A stretch of DNA of 64,000 bases from Oopsacas minuta (GCA_024704765.1 JAKMXF010000122.1:519068-583067), one strand, 5' to 3'; positions 38,988-53,150 are shown, counted from the first letter of the stretch. The notes: a model not told the origin generated them from the sequence alone. Numbers and translations are program-made.

Positions 38988-39823
38988 CATGGACTACTAA
39001 ATACACGGCTAGCTAAGCAAAGAATTGTCTAAATAATTTCCAGGTCATTGAATGTAGTCTCTTTCATAATGAAGAATTGCAGTTATCATTACAAATTCAA
39101 CTGTATATAGGTTTGCAAATATGGTGGAGACATCAAGAATACTTTTGAACCCGATATCCAAGTTATTTTAACCACAATGACGCAATCAAAGTTCACCTTC
39201 AATAATGGTAATTATTTTATTAATTAATAGTAATATTATCAAAAACCCAGAAATCCCATTAAATGAATCATGATTCGTATTAACTTAGCACAAACACACT
39301 AGAAAGATTGTATTAAAATAAACTTATAATAAACGTAAATATTTATATTATGACATATTTTGTGTTCGCATATATTTTTGATGGAATTTCATGAATTTTC
39401 TTGTATTTTCTAGGATTGACGATATAATGCTGTTCTACGACGAATATCACTAAATGATTATTTAACGAGCGATTATGAAAATGAAGATCATCTTTTGGTT
39501 ACTTAAACTAACATTCAACAAGTAGAAAGCATTTTGATAAAAAGGGTTAGTTTAAATTTTGAAAGTTTTTGAAAAAATTGATAAGAATGAAAAATTTTTT
39601 ACCATATATGGGCATGAACTTTGATTACGTCATTGTGTTTAAAATAACTTGGAAAGCAGGTTCAAAAGTATTCTAGATGTCTCCACCGTATGTGGAATCC
39701 TATTTACAGTTGAATTTGTAATGATAACTGCAATCCTTCATGATCAAACAGAATATAATCAATGGCCTGGATATTATTTTGGCAATACTTTGCTTGGCTA
39801 GCCGTGTATTATTGTAGGCCATG
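38988..39823. mobile_element. MITE-A, full-length (836 bp, ~210-bp TIRs, CATGG...CCATG ends)
   Basis: Left catggactactaaatacacggctagc..., right ...gctagccgtgtattattgtaggccatg. AT-rich non-coding interior. Confidence 0.9.
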
Positions 39824-40026
39824 CTCAAGACGATTCATTTAAAGCCTAGAAACGCATACTAGATTGAAATTTTATTTAGATATCATAGTAAAATATGCTT
39901 AGTTAAAGCATCAATTCGATTTCATAGCTATATTATTAGATGGATAAATACTTACCACATAACATCAATTTGTTAAATTCAAATATATACATTAAATTAG
40001 ATGTATATGCACATGAATATAGTATA

Positions 40027-41333
40027 CTAGGTTGTCCAAAAAGTTCGCGGAATTTTATCCCTAGTTTGTGTTATATACACTCTATCAATTAGCCTATTGT
40101 TTCGATTAATTCTAATATCCCTTATCTCAATTATCTCACTTTTGTAATCAAAAAGTTTGGTTTAGGTATTCTTTTAGCATCATTTACGATTGTCGTATTT
40201 TTTCTAAAATGGAAAACTCAGAAGATGGGAAACGATATATCATTTGGTTTCTCTGGAAACAAAATAAAAGTGGAAGCGAGATTCTCTACGAGATGGAAAA
40301 GGTTTATGGTAGTAAATGCCCTGGTAAATCGATGGTTTACAAATGGATTGACAGATTTAATGATGGGCATTAACTGTTGATGATAACCCAAGACCTGGTC
40401 GTCCGAAAACATGTTCCAACCAAGAAAATATCAAAATTATATCAAACATTCTTGATAAAGATAGACGTGTGACTCTGCGGCAGTTAGAGGAAGAATTGGG
40501 GATGTCAAAATCAATACTTGATAAGATTCTAACTGAACAATTGGGAATGTCGAGAGTTCTTTCTCGTTGGGTTCCCAAATTGTTATCTGAATCTCAAAGG
40601 ATTGAAAGGGTTCGTGTTTGTCGCCAGCTCTTACGGATTTCTAAGAAAGAGCCAAGGTTCTTTGATCGTTTAGTCACAGGGGACGAGACTTGGTTACATT
40701 TTTATGAGCCTAAGACAAGTTTACAGACGAGTCAATGGAAGCGTAGGCATGAAGCAACTCCTATTAGACCCAGAGCCGTCTCATCAGCAGGTAAACGGAT
40801 GGCAACAGTTTTTGGGACACAAAGGGAATAATCATGATTGATTGGTTACCTAACAAAGTAACAATAAATACTGAATACTATGTTCAAGTTCTGAAGAAAT
40901 TGCGCGAAGCTATCAAGTCTAAGAGGTGTGGCAAGTTGAGTTCTCATGTTTTGCTTCAGCATGATAATGCTCCAGCCCATACCAGCAGGCGAACTTTGGA
41001 TGAAATTCAACATTTAGGGTTCGAATTACTCCCACATCCCCCACACAGCCCAGATCTAGCGCCCAGCGACTACTGCCTTTTTTCAGAAATGAAAAGACCA
41101 CTTAGAGGTAAACGTTTCAGCGATTTTGAGCACCTTAGGTCCGCTGTAAATTCATGGATTCAAGGTACCCCTGAAAATTCTTCACCACAGGAATAAATAA
41201 CTCCCATCAAAATGGAAGAAATGTATCGAGGTTAAGGGTGAATTTATTGAAAACTATGAACAATAATTAGTTGAGTATGATCATTGATAAATAAAATATA
41301 TTTGCAATTCCGCGAACTTTTTGGACAAGCTGG
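40027..41333 (+). mobile_element. mariner (DD34D) element, copy 1, frameshifted
   Basis: TIRs ctaggttgtccaaaaagttcgcggaatt / aattccgcgaactttttggacaagctgg, TA on both flanks. Motifs WVPKLL, TGDETW, HDNAPAH, HSPDLAPSD; 34 residues between the second and third D. Confidence 0.93.
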
Positions 41334-41554
41334 TATATGTTATTAAATTGATGTTGCTGCCGTCATCATTAAATAGCGCCTATACCACAATACTGAGGAT
41401 TTCAAAAATTTCCAACTTGATTCACCATCCCGATTACCCCATATTAAGTGAAATTTGTAGCTTTCAAACGGAAGTTTTCCCTCTGGCTAAAAGTAAAAAC
41501 TGGGCTCTCTTTTTAATTAATTCCTGGGCTGGTTTCCTATCAATATTTATTGGA

Positions 41555-41896
41555 GCATTGACTAGTCTATGCTCCACCATGTGTAGAAACCTACATACAG
41601 TTGAATTTGTAATGGTAACTGCAATTCTTCATGATCAAACAGAATATAATCAATGGCCTGGAAATTATTTTGGCAATTCCTTGCTTTTACTTTATCTTGG
41701 ATTTTCTGACTCTAAAGTGGGAGCAATGGTATGTAATAATTTAAAGTTATTCAAGGATCTCCGGGAATAACACTAGTATTAAGTTGGCGCAGGATTCAAC
41801 TGTGCACAGTGCTAATTTTAATTTATAGGATTTCTAGATGTCTGATTCATATATAATCAGTACCAAGCCATGGCCTACTATATACACGGCTAGCTA
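41555..41896. repeat. MITE-A fragments (TIR body at about 41555-41695; terminal 28 bp at 41869-41896)
   Basis: catggcctactatatacacggctagcta is followed directly by the MULE left TIR. Confidence 0.7.
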
Positions 41897-42562
41897 CGAG
41901 TGTTATCTTAGCAGCCGATTTAAATCCCCAGTAAAACACCTTTTTCTCAGAGTATGGGTTCTATTTTGAAAAGAACCATACCAGTGTAAAGAAGAAAGTT
42001 GGTACATTTCATATCATCACTCATAATCACCAAAATTTACATGATGAGTAAGCAATTTTGCATTACATTTTGATCGATGTTTGTTATTAATATCTCCCAG
42101 AATAATTGTGATAACAACTTATCATTTTAATCATATTTACATCTCACTTGGTACATTGTGTATATCCAATTTGAAATTAAAATGATTATTTTTGAAAAGG
42201 TTATGAACGCCCGAACTTTACATAGAAATTACATAGACGAACAAATTGTACTATAAATAACGAAGTATGTATGACATTACAGTGTACGTAAATAATGATA
42301 AGTATTTAGTATCATTTCAATTCTACTGTGGTTTCTAGATATTAATCAGAAGATATTCAAAATATAATAAATAATGCATCACCATTGTAATAACAGTTAT
42401 CATACATTACACAAAATACTAGCTTTTGAATAGAAAAGAGTAAACAAAGCGAAAGTATTACAAGATACTAATCAACCAGATATTACAGTTTGTCTGTCTA
42501 TCTTTTCTGTATTGAACTGATAGATGAACTAATGAGAATACTGATCGAATTTCCCATGTATA

Positions 42563-43869
42563 CGAAGGGCACTCGAAAAGTTTTGACGTTGACCGACATA
42601 TCAGATAGTAATAATAAAACTGACTATTACATTTTTCAAAATACTCTCCCTGACAATTTATTACATTTTTTCATTCTGGTAAACCAATTATCAAAACACT
42701 TTTTCCACTCTTCTTTGGGTATGTCTCCGATCGCTTGGAAAAGTGCCCCTCTCAACTCCTCATTAGTCGAAAATCTCCTCCCACGTAATTGATCTTTGAG
42801 TCTAGGGAACAACCAGAAGTCGCAAGGAGCTAAATCAGGACTGTAGAGTGGGTGAGGTAATGTTTTGAGTCCAGAATTTTCCAAAAACTCACGAGTTCTG
42901 ATTGCCGTATGCGATGATCATTATCATGATGAAGAAGAATTCCTCTAATGCCTCTCTTCTGCCGCTGTGACTCAATTGCTGTGATGACTTTGGGTAGGCA
43001 CACTGTAGTGTACCAGTCGGCAGTAACAGTCTTTCTATCTTCGAGAGCAACAGCTTCGACAAACCCACTAGATCTGAAAAAAATCGCCCACATTTGTTTC
43101 GCAACAGATCTAGCCCTCCGCACTTTGGTTGGAGGTAGGGCATCTTCTTCAACCCACTCCTTTGACATTCGCTTTGTTTCTGGATCATAATGGTATATCC
43201 ATGTCTCATCACCTGCAAGGATCTCAGAAACAGCTCTTGAACTTCCATTTGCAAACCTTTTAAGCATAATTTTGCAAAAGTCTATGCGGGATAATTTTTG
43301 CTGTAAGTTCAAAGAATGGGGATCCATCGGGAACACAACTTCCTGACACAAAGCTCTTTGTGCAAAATGATATTAATTGTCCCCGATGATAACTCGATTT
43401 CATACTCTAACTGAGCGTACGTAATATGAGGATCTTTAGTAATTTGATCTAGCATTTCGTTAACATTTTCTTCATTATGTGAAATATTCGGTCTTCCTGA
43501 ACGAGGAGCATCTTCAAGAACAAAGTTTCTGTGAATAAATTCCTGTACCATCGTTCAACTGTGCTTAGAGAAGGAGCTAGATCCGGGAAATGTTCCTGTA
43601 AAGATTCATAGATTTCTACTCTTGTCTTCTGTAGTTTGAATAAGATCAAAATCATTGCTCGAAAATCACGTTTTGTGAGATCGTATTTAGATTGAGATAT
43701 ATTAGAAGCCATGTATACTAAAATTATCTAATTTATGAAAGTAGAAGAGATAAATGAATGAAAGTTTCAAAGTAGACTAATAAAATATGTCTGAAAAGAT
43801 GGATGCGGAAAAATATCCGACAGATTAATGGTTTCATATCAAACGGCAAAACTTTTCGAGTGCCCCTCG
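42563..43869 (-). mobile_element. mariner (DD34D) element of a different family, frameshifted, inserted in the MULE
   Basis: TIRs cgaagggcactcgaaaagtttt / aaaacttttcgagtgcccctcg, TA flanks. Motifs AGDETW, HHDN, YSPDLAPCDFWLF. Confidence 0.92.
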
Positions 43870-44526
43870 TATTACAACAAGCTAAAATAAAACAGGTGGT
43901 ATTCTTTATGTAAAATCCTTACAGCTATATAAGGAAGAGTAACAAATGTCTTGACGAGATAAGATTTGAAGAGACGAACAACACTTCGATTTATAAGTAT
44001 AAATGTTAGAATGGGAAGAGAATCGAGAGTTAACTCCAGGAGATGGGTCTCCAAATGAATGCTCCCTAAATAGATAGTAACTTCTTTCTGATCCAAATTT
44101 GTACAAACTGTAAAATAAACGTTTGTAAGAGAGATTTGGAGATATAATTCCTAGATTGATTAAGATAATTGTAAGGATAAGAATATAGATTTTCATGTTC
44201 ATTGTTTACTTTACTATGACTATATCTCCCAGAACTTTGCATATTGGTGTTGTGTTAGTTTCCAAATCCTGTGTAATATAATCCAGCTTTTAAACGTATC
44301 TTGGTTAGAGAAAAGGTCATAAAATTGTTCCATAAAATCCAACTGTCGATACATATACATATATACCTAGATTTCGATCTTTGTCACAATCAATTTACAT
44401 ATTTAGATGAGATCTCACAAAATATTCAAGTTCCATTTATACAAAATATTTATTGTTTCACTAATAATCTTGTTGGTAAAAATATAATTTCGCTGCCATA
44501 AATTGAAATCAATGATTAGGTTGCTT

Positions 44527-47500
44527 TTAATAATAAATTAGAGATAGTACGGGTTGGTAATGATTACCTAAATTCTGAATATACAAACCATTTGAAGTTG
44601 GTTCCTTTAATAATTGATCAAAACTTGATTCATTACCTGAAAACCTAGCCGAACGAGTTCCAGTAGGGCCCAAAAACACCCAAATATCTATATTAAATAA
44701 CAACGAAGTTGCAAATACCTCTAAGTCAGTAGCCCATTTCCCAACCTTATTCATCCCCATTAACTTACCCAATCGTGAATATTCCTAAAATTACCTTGAG
44801 TATAAACATACTTAGTACACAAAAACGCATTACAACTCGCACTTAATTTACCAAGCATGTTTTCAACGATGATTGCACGTAATTCTTTATGATAGGTTTT
44901 ACTACCTGTTATCAGATAAGAAATTACAGAAAAATAACAGTATCCATCACCTGATATTGTTTCTGTTGTTCCGGGATTTTACATATATAATCCTTCACCA
45001 TTATCAATTAAATTATCTAAAGAATAGACAATCTGATTACTATAATGTAGTTTCCATTTCTTACAGGTAGCAATTTGCCATTTAATGTGTGGTGGACGAA
45101 AGATTGATATAATTATCGTATTATACTTGACTCTACAAATTCTTCATCCATAATGATTGACGCAGTCTTAATTTCTGGTGAGTTCCAAATCTTACGTTAC
45201 GTAGACAAATTCTGACGCTTAATAGGGATTAATTTATCTTTTACTACAGTTTTATCTCTATTAAATTGAGGAAATTCATGTGTTTTCGACTTCAAATAAC
45301 CACAATGCTGTTTCTTTTTCCTGGACCATTTTTCACTACATTCTCTATAAGGTTAGGATAATAGCAAGGATTCGAATCAAATGCTTTGGTGTGATTATTG
45401 TTGATAGCATTTTCACATTGTTTACTTATATATGCAAAATGTTTGCCAAAAGGAGATCTGTCTCTTAGGGTCTTACCATCCTTAATATCGATGGGATCAT
45501 TATCACTATCCTCATCGTATAAACTTTCATTTGTATCATCAAAATCAGAATAACTGTTACTAATATAATACTCTAATGTTTTAATATTGGTTAGTACATG
45601 TTCATTCATATATTTACTCTTAAACACATAACACAAGGAAGTAAACACAGAATATATTTGAGTCATATTAGTATAACGCACCAGATGTCCAAAGGAATAC
45701 ACAAACAACTTTCTCACTTCTTTATTTGACTTAAATTTCCTATTAATGTGAAAGCCAATACCATGCATTATATGGGCAGAACATAAATGAAGAATCAATT
45801 TTAATTCGAGTTCTGGATTGGCAGAATATGTATCCACTCTATTCCAACATTTATCAGGATATGTATCGATATCACATTTAAGAAAAACATTACACACACT
45901 ATGAATTAACGCCCAGCTGAAATCTACCTCAATTTGTCCTATGTTAATATTATAACCTAATATTTTCTTTGCATCAAGATACTATTTGTGTAGAAAATAA
46001 CTAATCTCAGCGCTAGTATGACCAGAACTGATCATCTTTGCCAGAGGTACGGGGCTGGTAGAATAAGTTGGATGTTGTACCGTGAGAGCATAATAAAATA
46101 CTTTATGCTGGGAAGGTTCAATCTTTCGAATGATTGAGCCAGTAGCATCTAAGTGAAGAATTATGCTTTTATCTTTAAAACATTTTAATATTTTAATTTG
46201 GTCTTCAGTATATAAATGAATAATAAAGGGGTTATGACCTAATGACTGAATGTACCCTCTAACATTACTACCCACTATAGCATTCCGGTAATACTGTTGT
46301 AAACTAATCAATTCACTCCAATTATCATTAGAGAACCTTTGTAATCTTGACAAATCAAATTTTGCACTTCCTTAATACAGCAGCGCTTTTAATTTTATTT
46401 AGATTGGCGAAATTAAGCGCTAAATTTCGATTTTCTGTAGACTCGAATTGGTCATAGAAATATTACTTACAGATGCGTAGTCTACTTGTGTTGCTACTTT
46501 TAAGCTATTAGAATTACACCAATTTCTCGCGTAAACAATGTTATTATCTAAGGGTTCATTAGATGGAGTGCCAGAAACTATGCAATTCACGATAATACAA
46601 TATTAATGTGACTTTCAAGAGGATTCTTGTTAATAATGAATGTAAAAGTAAAACAATTTCGAATTTACACTCTGCATTTGCTCTAAAAAAACAACTGTTC
46701 AGTTTTCTACTTTTAGATTAGTTTGTTTTGTGGTATTTAAATCAAAGAACACAATTAAATATTCCTTCCAATTAGGAATTAAATAAGTTAGTCCAATCTT
46801 TTGAAAGTATAACACAATCACCCATGATTCTAGTAATACTTTCCCATTCTATAAAGTTAAGTAAAAAGCCACCCGTACTTTGTTCCGTAGTGGTGGACTC
46901 GTCAATGATTACCTCATTCAGAATATTACCATCATCTAGGGTTGGGACAAGTGACACATAATTAACGTTATATTCATTGATGACAACACTAGTTTCTGCG
47001 TTACCCATATCATGTGATAGTTTAGATAACATGTTTGGATGTGAATCAACTAACAACGGAATTTTTGAAGAGTTAGCTGTGCCTAGTTTTTCTGATAGAG
47101 TTGAATGAAATGAAAATATTAGATCCATATTTTCTCGAATGGATAAACCAAAGTTAAGAAATTCCTCGAGTTGTGCAACTGTGATAATGAGATAAGCACT
47201 TCCAAACAAATCCAAAATTCGACAGTTGATATTGCCAACTAATATCCATGCTTCTTATAAGCAACTATCTCTCTTAACAAGCCTGAAGTTTCTTAGGTGC
47301 TCATATAGAAAGTCATTAAATTTTTTGCACTCCTCATAGATTATTCCATTAATGAGCATGGATTCGCCACTAATGCGTGGACATTCAGATCCTAAAAATT
47401 TCAGTGCGTCTAACTATAGAAGATTATCACAATCAATGTATGTCTAAAAGAGGATATCGGTGACCTCAGTCTGAGGAGGAGAAGAAGACAGGGTACTCTT

Positions 47501-47989
47501 CAAACTATATAGTTCAGGTTGTTCGCAACCAGATGCCAATGAGCCTAAGAATTTGCTATTTGACACTTCCCGCTCCAAGCTATCTACACTAAAATCTGTA
47601 TCTAATTGACTACTACTAATATTACTAAGATCTAAACTATTAACATAAATACTATCTAAATCTAACCTAGTGCTAACGTGTTCTACAGCCAACTGGAATA
47701 TATCAGTACCGGAATCGCTATTCAACTTACGGCTGTTATCTTCCATACTTTGTTTTATATAATCTTGAAAATGATTGCGATTTAGTTTCCATTTTAAGTA
47801 GAGAGGAGCACGTGTGTTTGGCTTATTCTTATTGAATATGAGAATGGATAACTTTCCCCATACTGACTTCGCCCTTCGCCTGTGTCCGTTCTCCAAGGCT
47901 ACCTTAAGTTTATCAAAATCATTGTAGCCGAGTTGGGTAATTGCAGCTACAAATTGTTCCAGAGATATCATAGTTGGAAGTAAGAACAC
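44527..47989 (-). pseudogene. NOF-like MULE transposase with a C-terminal OTU-like cysteine protease domain (fragmented)
   Basis: ILHLDATGS...FYYAL...PVPLAKMISSGH and LHLCSAHIM (MULE D...CxxH). Downstream in the same orientation: ISGDGYCYFSVISYLITGS..YHKELRAIIVENM (Cys codon 44937-44939), WATDLEVFA, and YIQNLGNHYQPV. Confidence 0.72.
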
Positions 47990-48040
47990 AATCTATGCCA
48001 AAAAGAACGATTAATTTTCGGACATATTTGCATATAACTA

Positions 48041-48211
48041 CAGTCAACTCCCCTTATATCGGAAGCAAGGAACCGCAATAATCACTCGTATATACGAGGA
48101 TTTCGATATAACCGATGACATTTATGTTTTGTAACTATATTTGTATTATTTCAGACTTCGATATAGCGAGGATTTCTAAATATCCATGTTCGATATACCG
48201 GGAGTCTACTG
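48041..48211. mobile_element. Short pogo-type MITE just upstream of the MULE ORF
   Basis: cagtcaactccccttatatcg ... cgatataccgggagtctactg imperfect TIRs. Confidence 0.65.
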
Positions 48212-48630
48212 GGTAACGTTACAAAATTAATTAAGAAAGATACACACATGATTGAATTGAAATGAAATTTAGTAGGACTGTTGTAATGAAGAAAATTTGT
48301 GGAAGAAAGGAAGTTGAAGAATATCAAAAGTATTAAGGTTGTGAGAAACGAAATAAATCAATTACAGAGTTACAAATGCTTGTTGATTGATATTTACATT
48401 ATTAATTATTAATTTAATACAAAGTTCAAAATCTAACTGACATAACTGGTCCTAATAATTGAGAAGGAATACATTTGACCTCAAGAATTCAGTCATGGTA
48501 AGTACATTTACACTAAGAATATTCAAGTAATCAATACATAGCTACAAAGCATATAAATCATCTACCAAAAACTGGTCGTTTATGTAATTTCTATGTAAAG
48601 TTCGGGTGTTCATAACTTTTTCAAAAATAA

Positions 48631-51064
48631 CACTGGGCAACATCAAATTTATTCCTCAAATGAAAATATATTACCTAGACTAACTTTGGGATGCTGATTC
48701 CAAATCTGAAATCAGAATTGGTCTATCACGTCAGGATTTCAAGATATGAAAATTCGCGAAATTCGGATTTTGCATTGATTGGTACTATATTATAAGGTAC
48801 TATACAGTACAAGTTAGGCCTATTGTACAATTTTCTTTCCCAGCGAATTGTTGGTCAACAATGCATATTATGTACGGTTAATATTAACATTATTTTGTAA
48901 ATGTAATGTTCTATCTTTTGACAATTAATGCATTCTTGAGTGTTCTTGGCCATGGCTATAAGGAGGGGTTATTTAGCCTACTTGCGGGTGGACTGTAGAC
49001 TGTATCGATAAACCAACAACATTACTGTTTCGCAGAATTTTTAGTTTGTAACTGATTGTGTATTTAAGCTTTTTGTTTACAATGAATACGAGCAGAAGAC
49101 AATGCACGAACCACCCAGATAACTTCTGCTATATTTGTGGAAAATTTACGCCGAAGCACCAGCGAAGAAATATTGCCAATCGTGTCAAGATTGGCTACAA
49201 GTATTACTTTGGTTGCAAAGTTGGTGACCAAGACAAGAACTGGGCACCTCACATCTGCTGTACCGTCTGCTATGCCAGTCTAATCCAATGGCTTAATGGA
49301 AAGAAGAAATCCATGCCATTTGCGGTACCTATGATTTGGCGAGAACCTAAAAACCATACGTCGGATTGTTATTTTTGCACAACAAATATTGCTGGATTTT
49401 CGTCTAAAAATAAGTCGAAAATCATCTATCCAACATGCAAGTCTGCTCTAAAACCAGTAGAGCATGATGCTGGCAATGGAATTCCTGTACCAATCTCACC
49501 TTCATTGGATACTATTGAAATGGATTCAACAGACGAAGTAGACGTGGCAGATGCAGATTCCACTTCTGATTTTTCGGATCATGATGAAAACGACAAAATG
49601 ATTCCCATGGACCAGGCATTTTGAATGACCTGGTGCGTGATTTATCTCTTTCCAAAGAAAAAGCTGAGCTTCTAGGGTCTCGCCTAAAGGAATTAAATTT
49701 GTTAAAGCCAGGAACAACAATTTCACATTTTCGTCGACGACATGCAAATGTTTCGGCTTACTTTAAATTCGAAGACTGTGTGTGTTTTTGCACTGATGTT
49801 GATTCACTCATGTATGAGCTTGGCCGCGAACACATTAGCACTGAGTGGAGACTGTTCATTGATTCCAGCAAAGCTAGTTTGAAAGCTGTCCTACTACACA
49901 ATGGAATGAAAAGCCTTCTGTCCCTATTGCTCATGCTGTCGGCTTGAAGGAGACGTACGAGTCTATGGAAACCATCCTAAGGGTCATTGACTACCGGGCT
50001 CACAACTGGAACATATGTGGAGACCTTAAAGTTGTGTCACTTTTGCTCGGATTGCAGTTGGGTTACACCAAGCATATGTGTTTTCTCTGTCTGTGGGACA
50101 GTAGAGACGAGGCAAACCACTATGACACAACCGAATGGCCAATGAGAACTGACTACATTGTTGGAAGATATAATGTTAAGTGCAAATCCCTTATTGATCC
50201 CAGCAAAGTGTACTTGCCACCACTTCATATTAAACTCGGCCTGATCAAACAATTTGTGAAGGCAATGTATTTCAATGGAGATGGATTCCTACACATAAAA
50301 GAAAAGTTTGGTGCTATACTAAGTGACGCTAAACTGAGAGCTGGGATATTTGTTGGCCCCCAAATACGTGATTTGATGCGTGGCCCAGTATTTCCATCCA
50401 AGCTTAATTCAATTGAATTGGAAGCCTGGAATGCATTTGTACAGATTGTACAAAATTTTCTTGGAAACCATAGGGTAGAAAATTACTCGGAACTAGTGGA
50501 CAATTTGCTGGAATCATACCGCAAAATGGGCTGCAGAATGTCGCTTAAACTGCATTTTCTTCATTCACACTTGGACTTTTCCCATCAAACCTGGGTGATG
50601 TGAGCGACGAACATGGAGAAAGATTTCACCAAGACATCTCTGTGATGGAATCGCGGTATAGAGGTCGATTTAACCCAAACATGATGGGGGACTACTGCTG
50701 GTTTCTCCAGCGTGAAACTGACACTGAACATGCTCGAAAGAGCAAGTGCATAAAGCACTTTTGAGAGGATACAATGTTATTTTTGTCTGGTTTAATCATC
50801 CTGGGTTGTGTTAAATTGTGCAAAATGATAATTCTGTAATTTTCACTAGCAATCACTGTGTTTATTACATGTAATGTTTTGTTCTGCACAGCCAAAATTA
50901 GCCAAAATGAGAATTACGGGTTGTTGTGTGCATATGTCATATCTCAAAAACGTGACGTGTTAGAAAAATCTAAGGCCAGATTTGGATTCAGCATGGCCAT
51001 ATTAGTCTAGGTAAACTTGAAACGAGCAAGGAATAAAAAATAAGTTGTAAAATGTTGTCCAGTG
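48631..51064 (+). mobile_element. Chapaev3-type (CMC superfamily) DNA transposon, both ends present
   Basis: Termini cactgggcaacat / atgttgtccagtg with TAA on both flanks (the TWA TSD and CAC ends described for Chapaev3). It splits the right TIR of the MULE described below. Confidence 0.85.
49082..50764 (+). pseudogene. Chapaev3-type transposase with three -1 frameshifts
   Basis: FCYICG...WAPHICCTVC...PMIWREPKNHTSDCYFC; WRLFIDSSKASLKAVLLHNG; ICGDLKVV; HMCFLCLWDSR; LPPLHIKLG; after the last frameshift SDEHGERFHQD...MMGDYCW. Confidence 0.85.
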
Positions 51065-52850
51065 TAATCATTTTAATTTCAAATTGGATATAAACAATGT
51101 ACCAAGTGAGATGTAAATATGATTAAAATGATAAGTTGTTATCACAATTATTTTGGGAGATATTAATAACAAGCATCGATCAAAACGTAGTGCAAAATTG
51201 CTTACTCATCATGTAAAATTTGGTGATTATGAGTGATGATATGAAATGTACCAACTTTATGGTTCTTTTCAAAATAGAACCCATACTCTTTGAGAAAAAG
51301 GTGTTTAGTGGGGATTTGAATCGGCTGCTAAGATAACACCAATATTAAGTAAGCACAAATTGAATTTCAACTGATAGCAATGCAGAAGTCGAGAATTCGT
51401 TCAAAGTAGTGAAACATTACATATTGAAATCCCCAAAAATATCAGAGTTCGTGATTTTATAAGAAACATTGTTATATACAATATGTTGTAAAGTATTAGA
51501 AACAAATATTGAAATAAAATCCTATTACAAGTCATAGTTAATTAGAAAAAATATTTAAAAAAAGAAAAATTGATAAAATGCACATACACCTATAAATTAA
51601 TAAAAATACACAAAAATAATTCTCTATTGTATACAATAAATTATTGCAATTCATAGTTATCCAAATTACATAGAAAGACCACAGAAATTGAAAAAATGAA
51701 TGTGCACACATATTAAAAATTTTTAAAAAAATTACACAAAAATGTTCTCCATTAAGGACAATTATTTATTTTATCACATGCGTAATTCTCACCTACCTAT
51801 TGCACACACCAGTTTACCGAATGAATACACTGGTGTACCTATTGGACATATCAGTTTACTAAATGAATACATCAGTGTGCCTAATTGATATATCTATCGT
51901 GCACTTAGATACACATACTATACGTATAGTACAAGTGAAATATGTTAAATAAGGATATATTGATTTAGAAATAAGTCATATACTAATTGTAGCCAGCCAA
52001 ATATCTCAGCATGACACTTTTCATTGGAAATGTTCGCCTGATATAATTCTAGCTCAAGGATCTCAGTGACACCACTAAATCCTCATTATCTTCGTACTCT
52101 TTCAGTTTTACACAGCATTATCAAAGATCTTCTCAGATTTCAAAGATAATATTGAATCACATGTGTTTAGAATTTCAGGAATAAACTCGTTGTCGCTTCG
52201 ATTTCCACATTGATTATAGTATTGATGCCTAACTACTAAATTACATTATCACAATCCAATGAGAACTCTTTATAACACTAGCGAAAAAGTGCATCAAATG
52301 AGCCGCACCGATCAGAGTGCTCTAACTGACAGGAATATTCTGCTAATCAATCGTTTTATAAGGTATTTGTAGTTACATTATAGGTATTGCCTAGTGGTGA
52401 CAACGATTTGACATTGGAACCTCCCAGGCTATGAAAATAGGTGTAGGTTCCAACACAATCATAGTTCAATTATGTATATGAAAATAGAAGTATGTGAACG
52501 AGAAAATAGTGAAACTTTAGCAAACAAGATAGTAACAGAATTTGCCAAATTTTTTCCATTAGAAACGTTTAATATTCAGAAACATTTTCAGATAAATAAA
52601 TTTGGATTTCAAAATAATGATTAAAAAAAGTTTTTGTAATAAGTTGAATACTATTTAATATTCAGAAACGTCTCTATGCACCTGGTTTGGTAAATTTGAT
52701 CCAAACCCATTTGCGCAAGACGGTCAAATTTACATCTGAAGTGTGCTCAGTTGAATCTTGCGCTAAAAAACTTCACATGTGTAAGCGAGTTAGTGAGCAA
52801 TAAAATTGAACAACTCAAAAGGGGTAATTAGGTGAATTCGATTACAGTAC

Positions 52851-53055
52851 CTGTCGCTCCAGAGCTTGATATGGAAAAAGGTCCACCACCATCCTGGAGA
52901 GTGAAGAAGAATGTAGGGTTTTCATCTTGATCAGTCACAGAGAAAACGCTAACAACTTGACCACCGTTAGTATTTTCAGGAACATTGACATTCACAACAC
53001 TAGTAGCCAAAAAGACAGGAAGATTATCATTAACATCTGCGATTATAATTGTGAC
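52851..53055 (-). CDS. Cadherin exon B (205 nt, phase 0 to 1)
   Basis: VTIIIADVNDNLPVF...VPENTNGG...VTDQDENP, with DxNDN and PE motifs. Acceptor ttttgtcag|gtc, donor acag|gtactg. Confidence 0.92.
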
Positions 53056-53150
53056 CTGACAAAAAAGATACGTATAAAGGGAATTGGTAAAACATGAGGC
53101 AATAAGTAAAGGAACAATGCAACAAATATCTCCGAAGACATAATATAAAC

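Larger units (their letters stand above)
41900..51339 (-). mobile_element. NOF/Foldback-like MULE with ~345-bp TIRs, carrying nested mariner, MITE and Chapaev3 insertions
   Basis: 41900-42245 is the reverse complement of 48570-48630 joined to 51065-51339, i.e. continuous once Chapaev3 is removed. Encloses the minus-strand transposase fragments at 44527-47989. No TSD found. Confidence 0.75.

Noticed and set aside
43872-44501. Possible second gene inside the MULE (43906-44202, hydrophobic N-terminus)
   Set aside because: Short, AT-rich, with no recognisable domain.
41891-51349. 9-bp TSD for the large MULE
   Set aside because: The flanks (tagctacga vs caatattaa) do not match, so the exact ends and insertion age remain uncertain.
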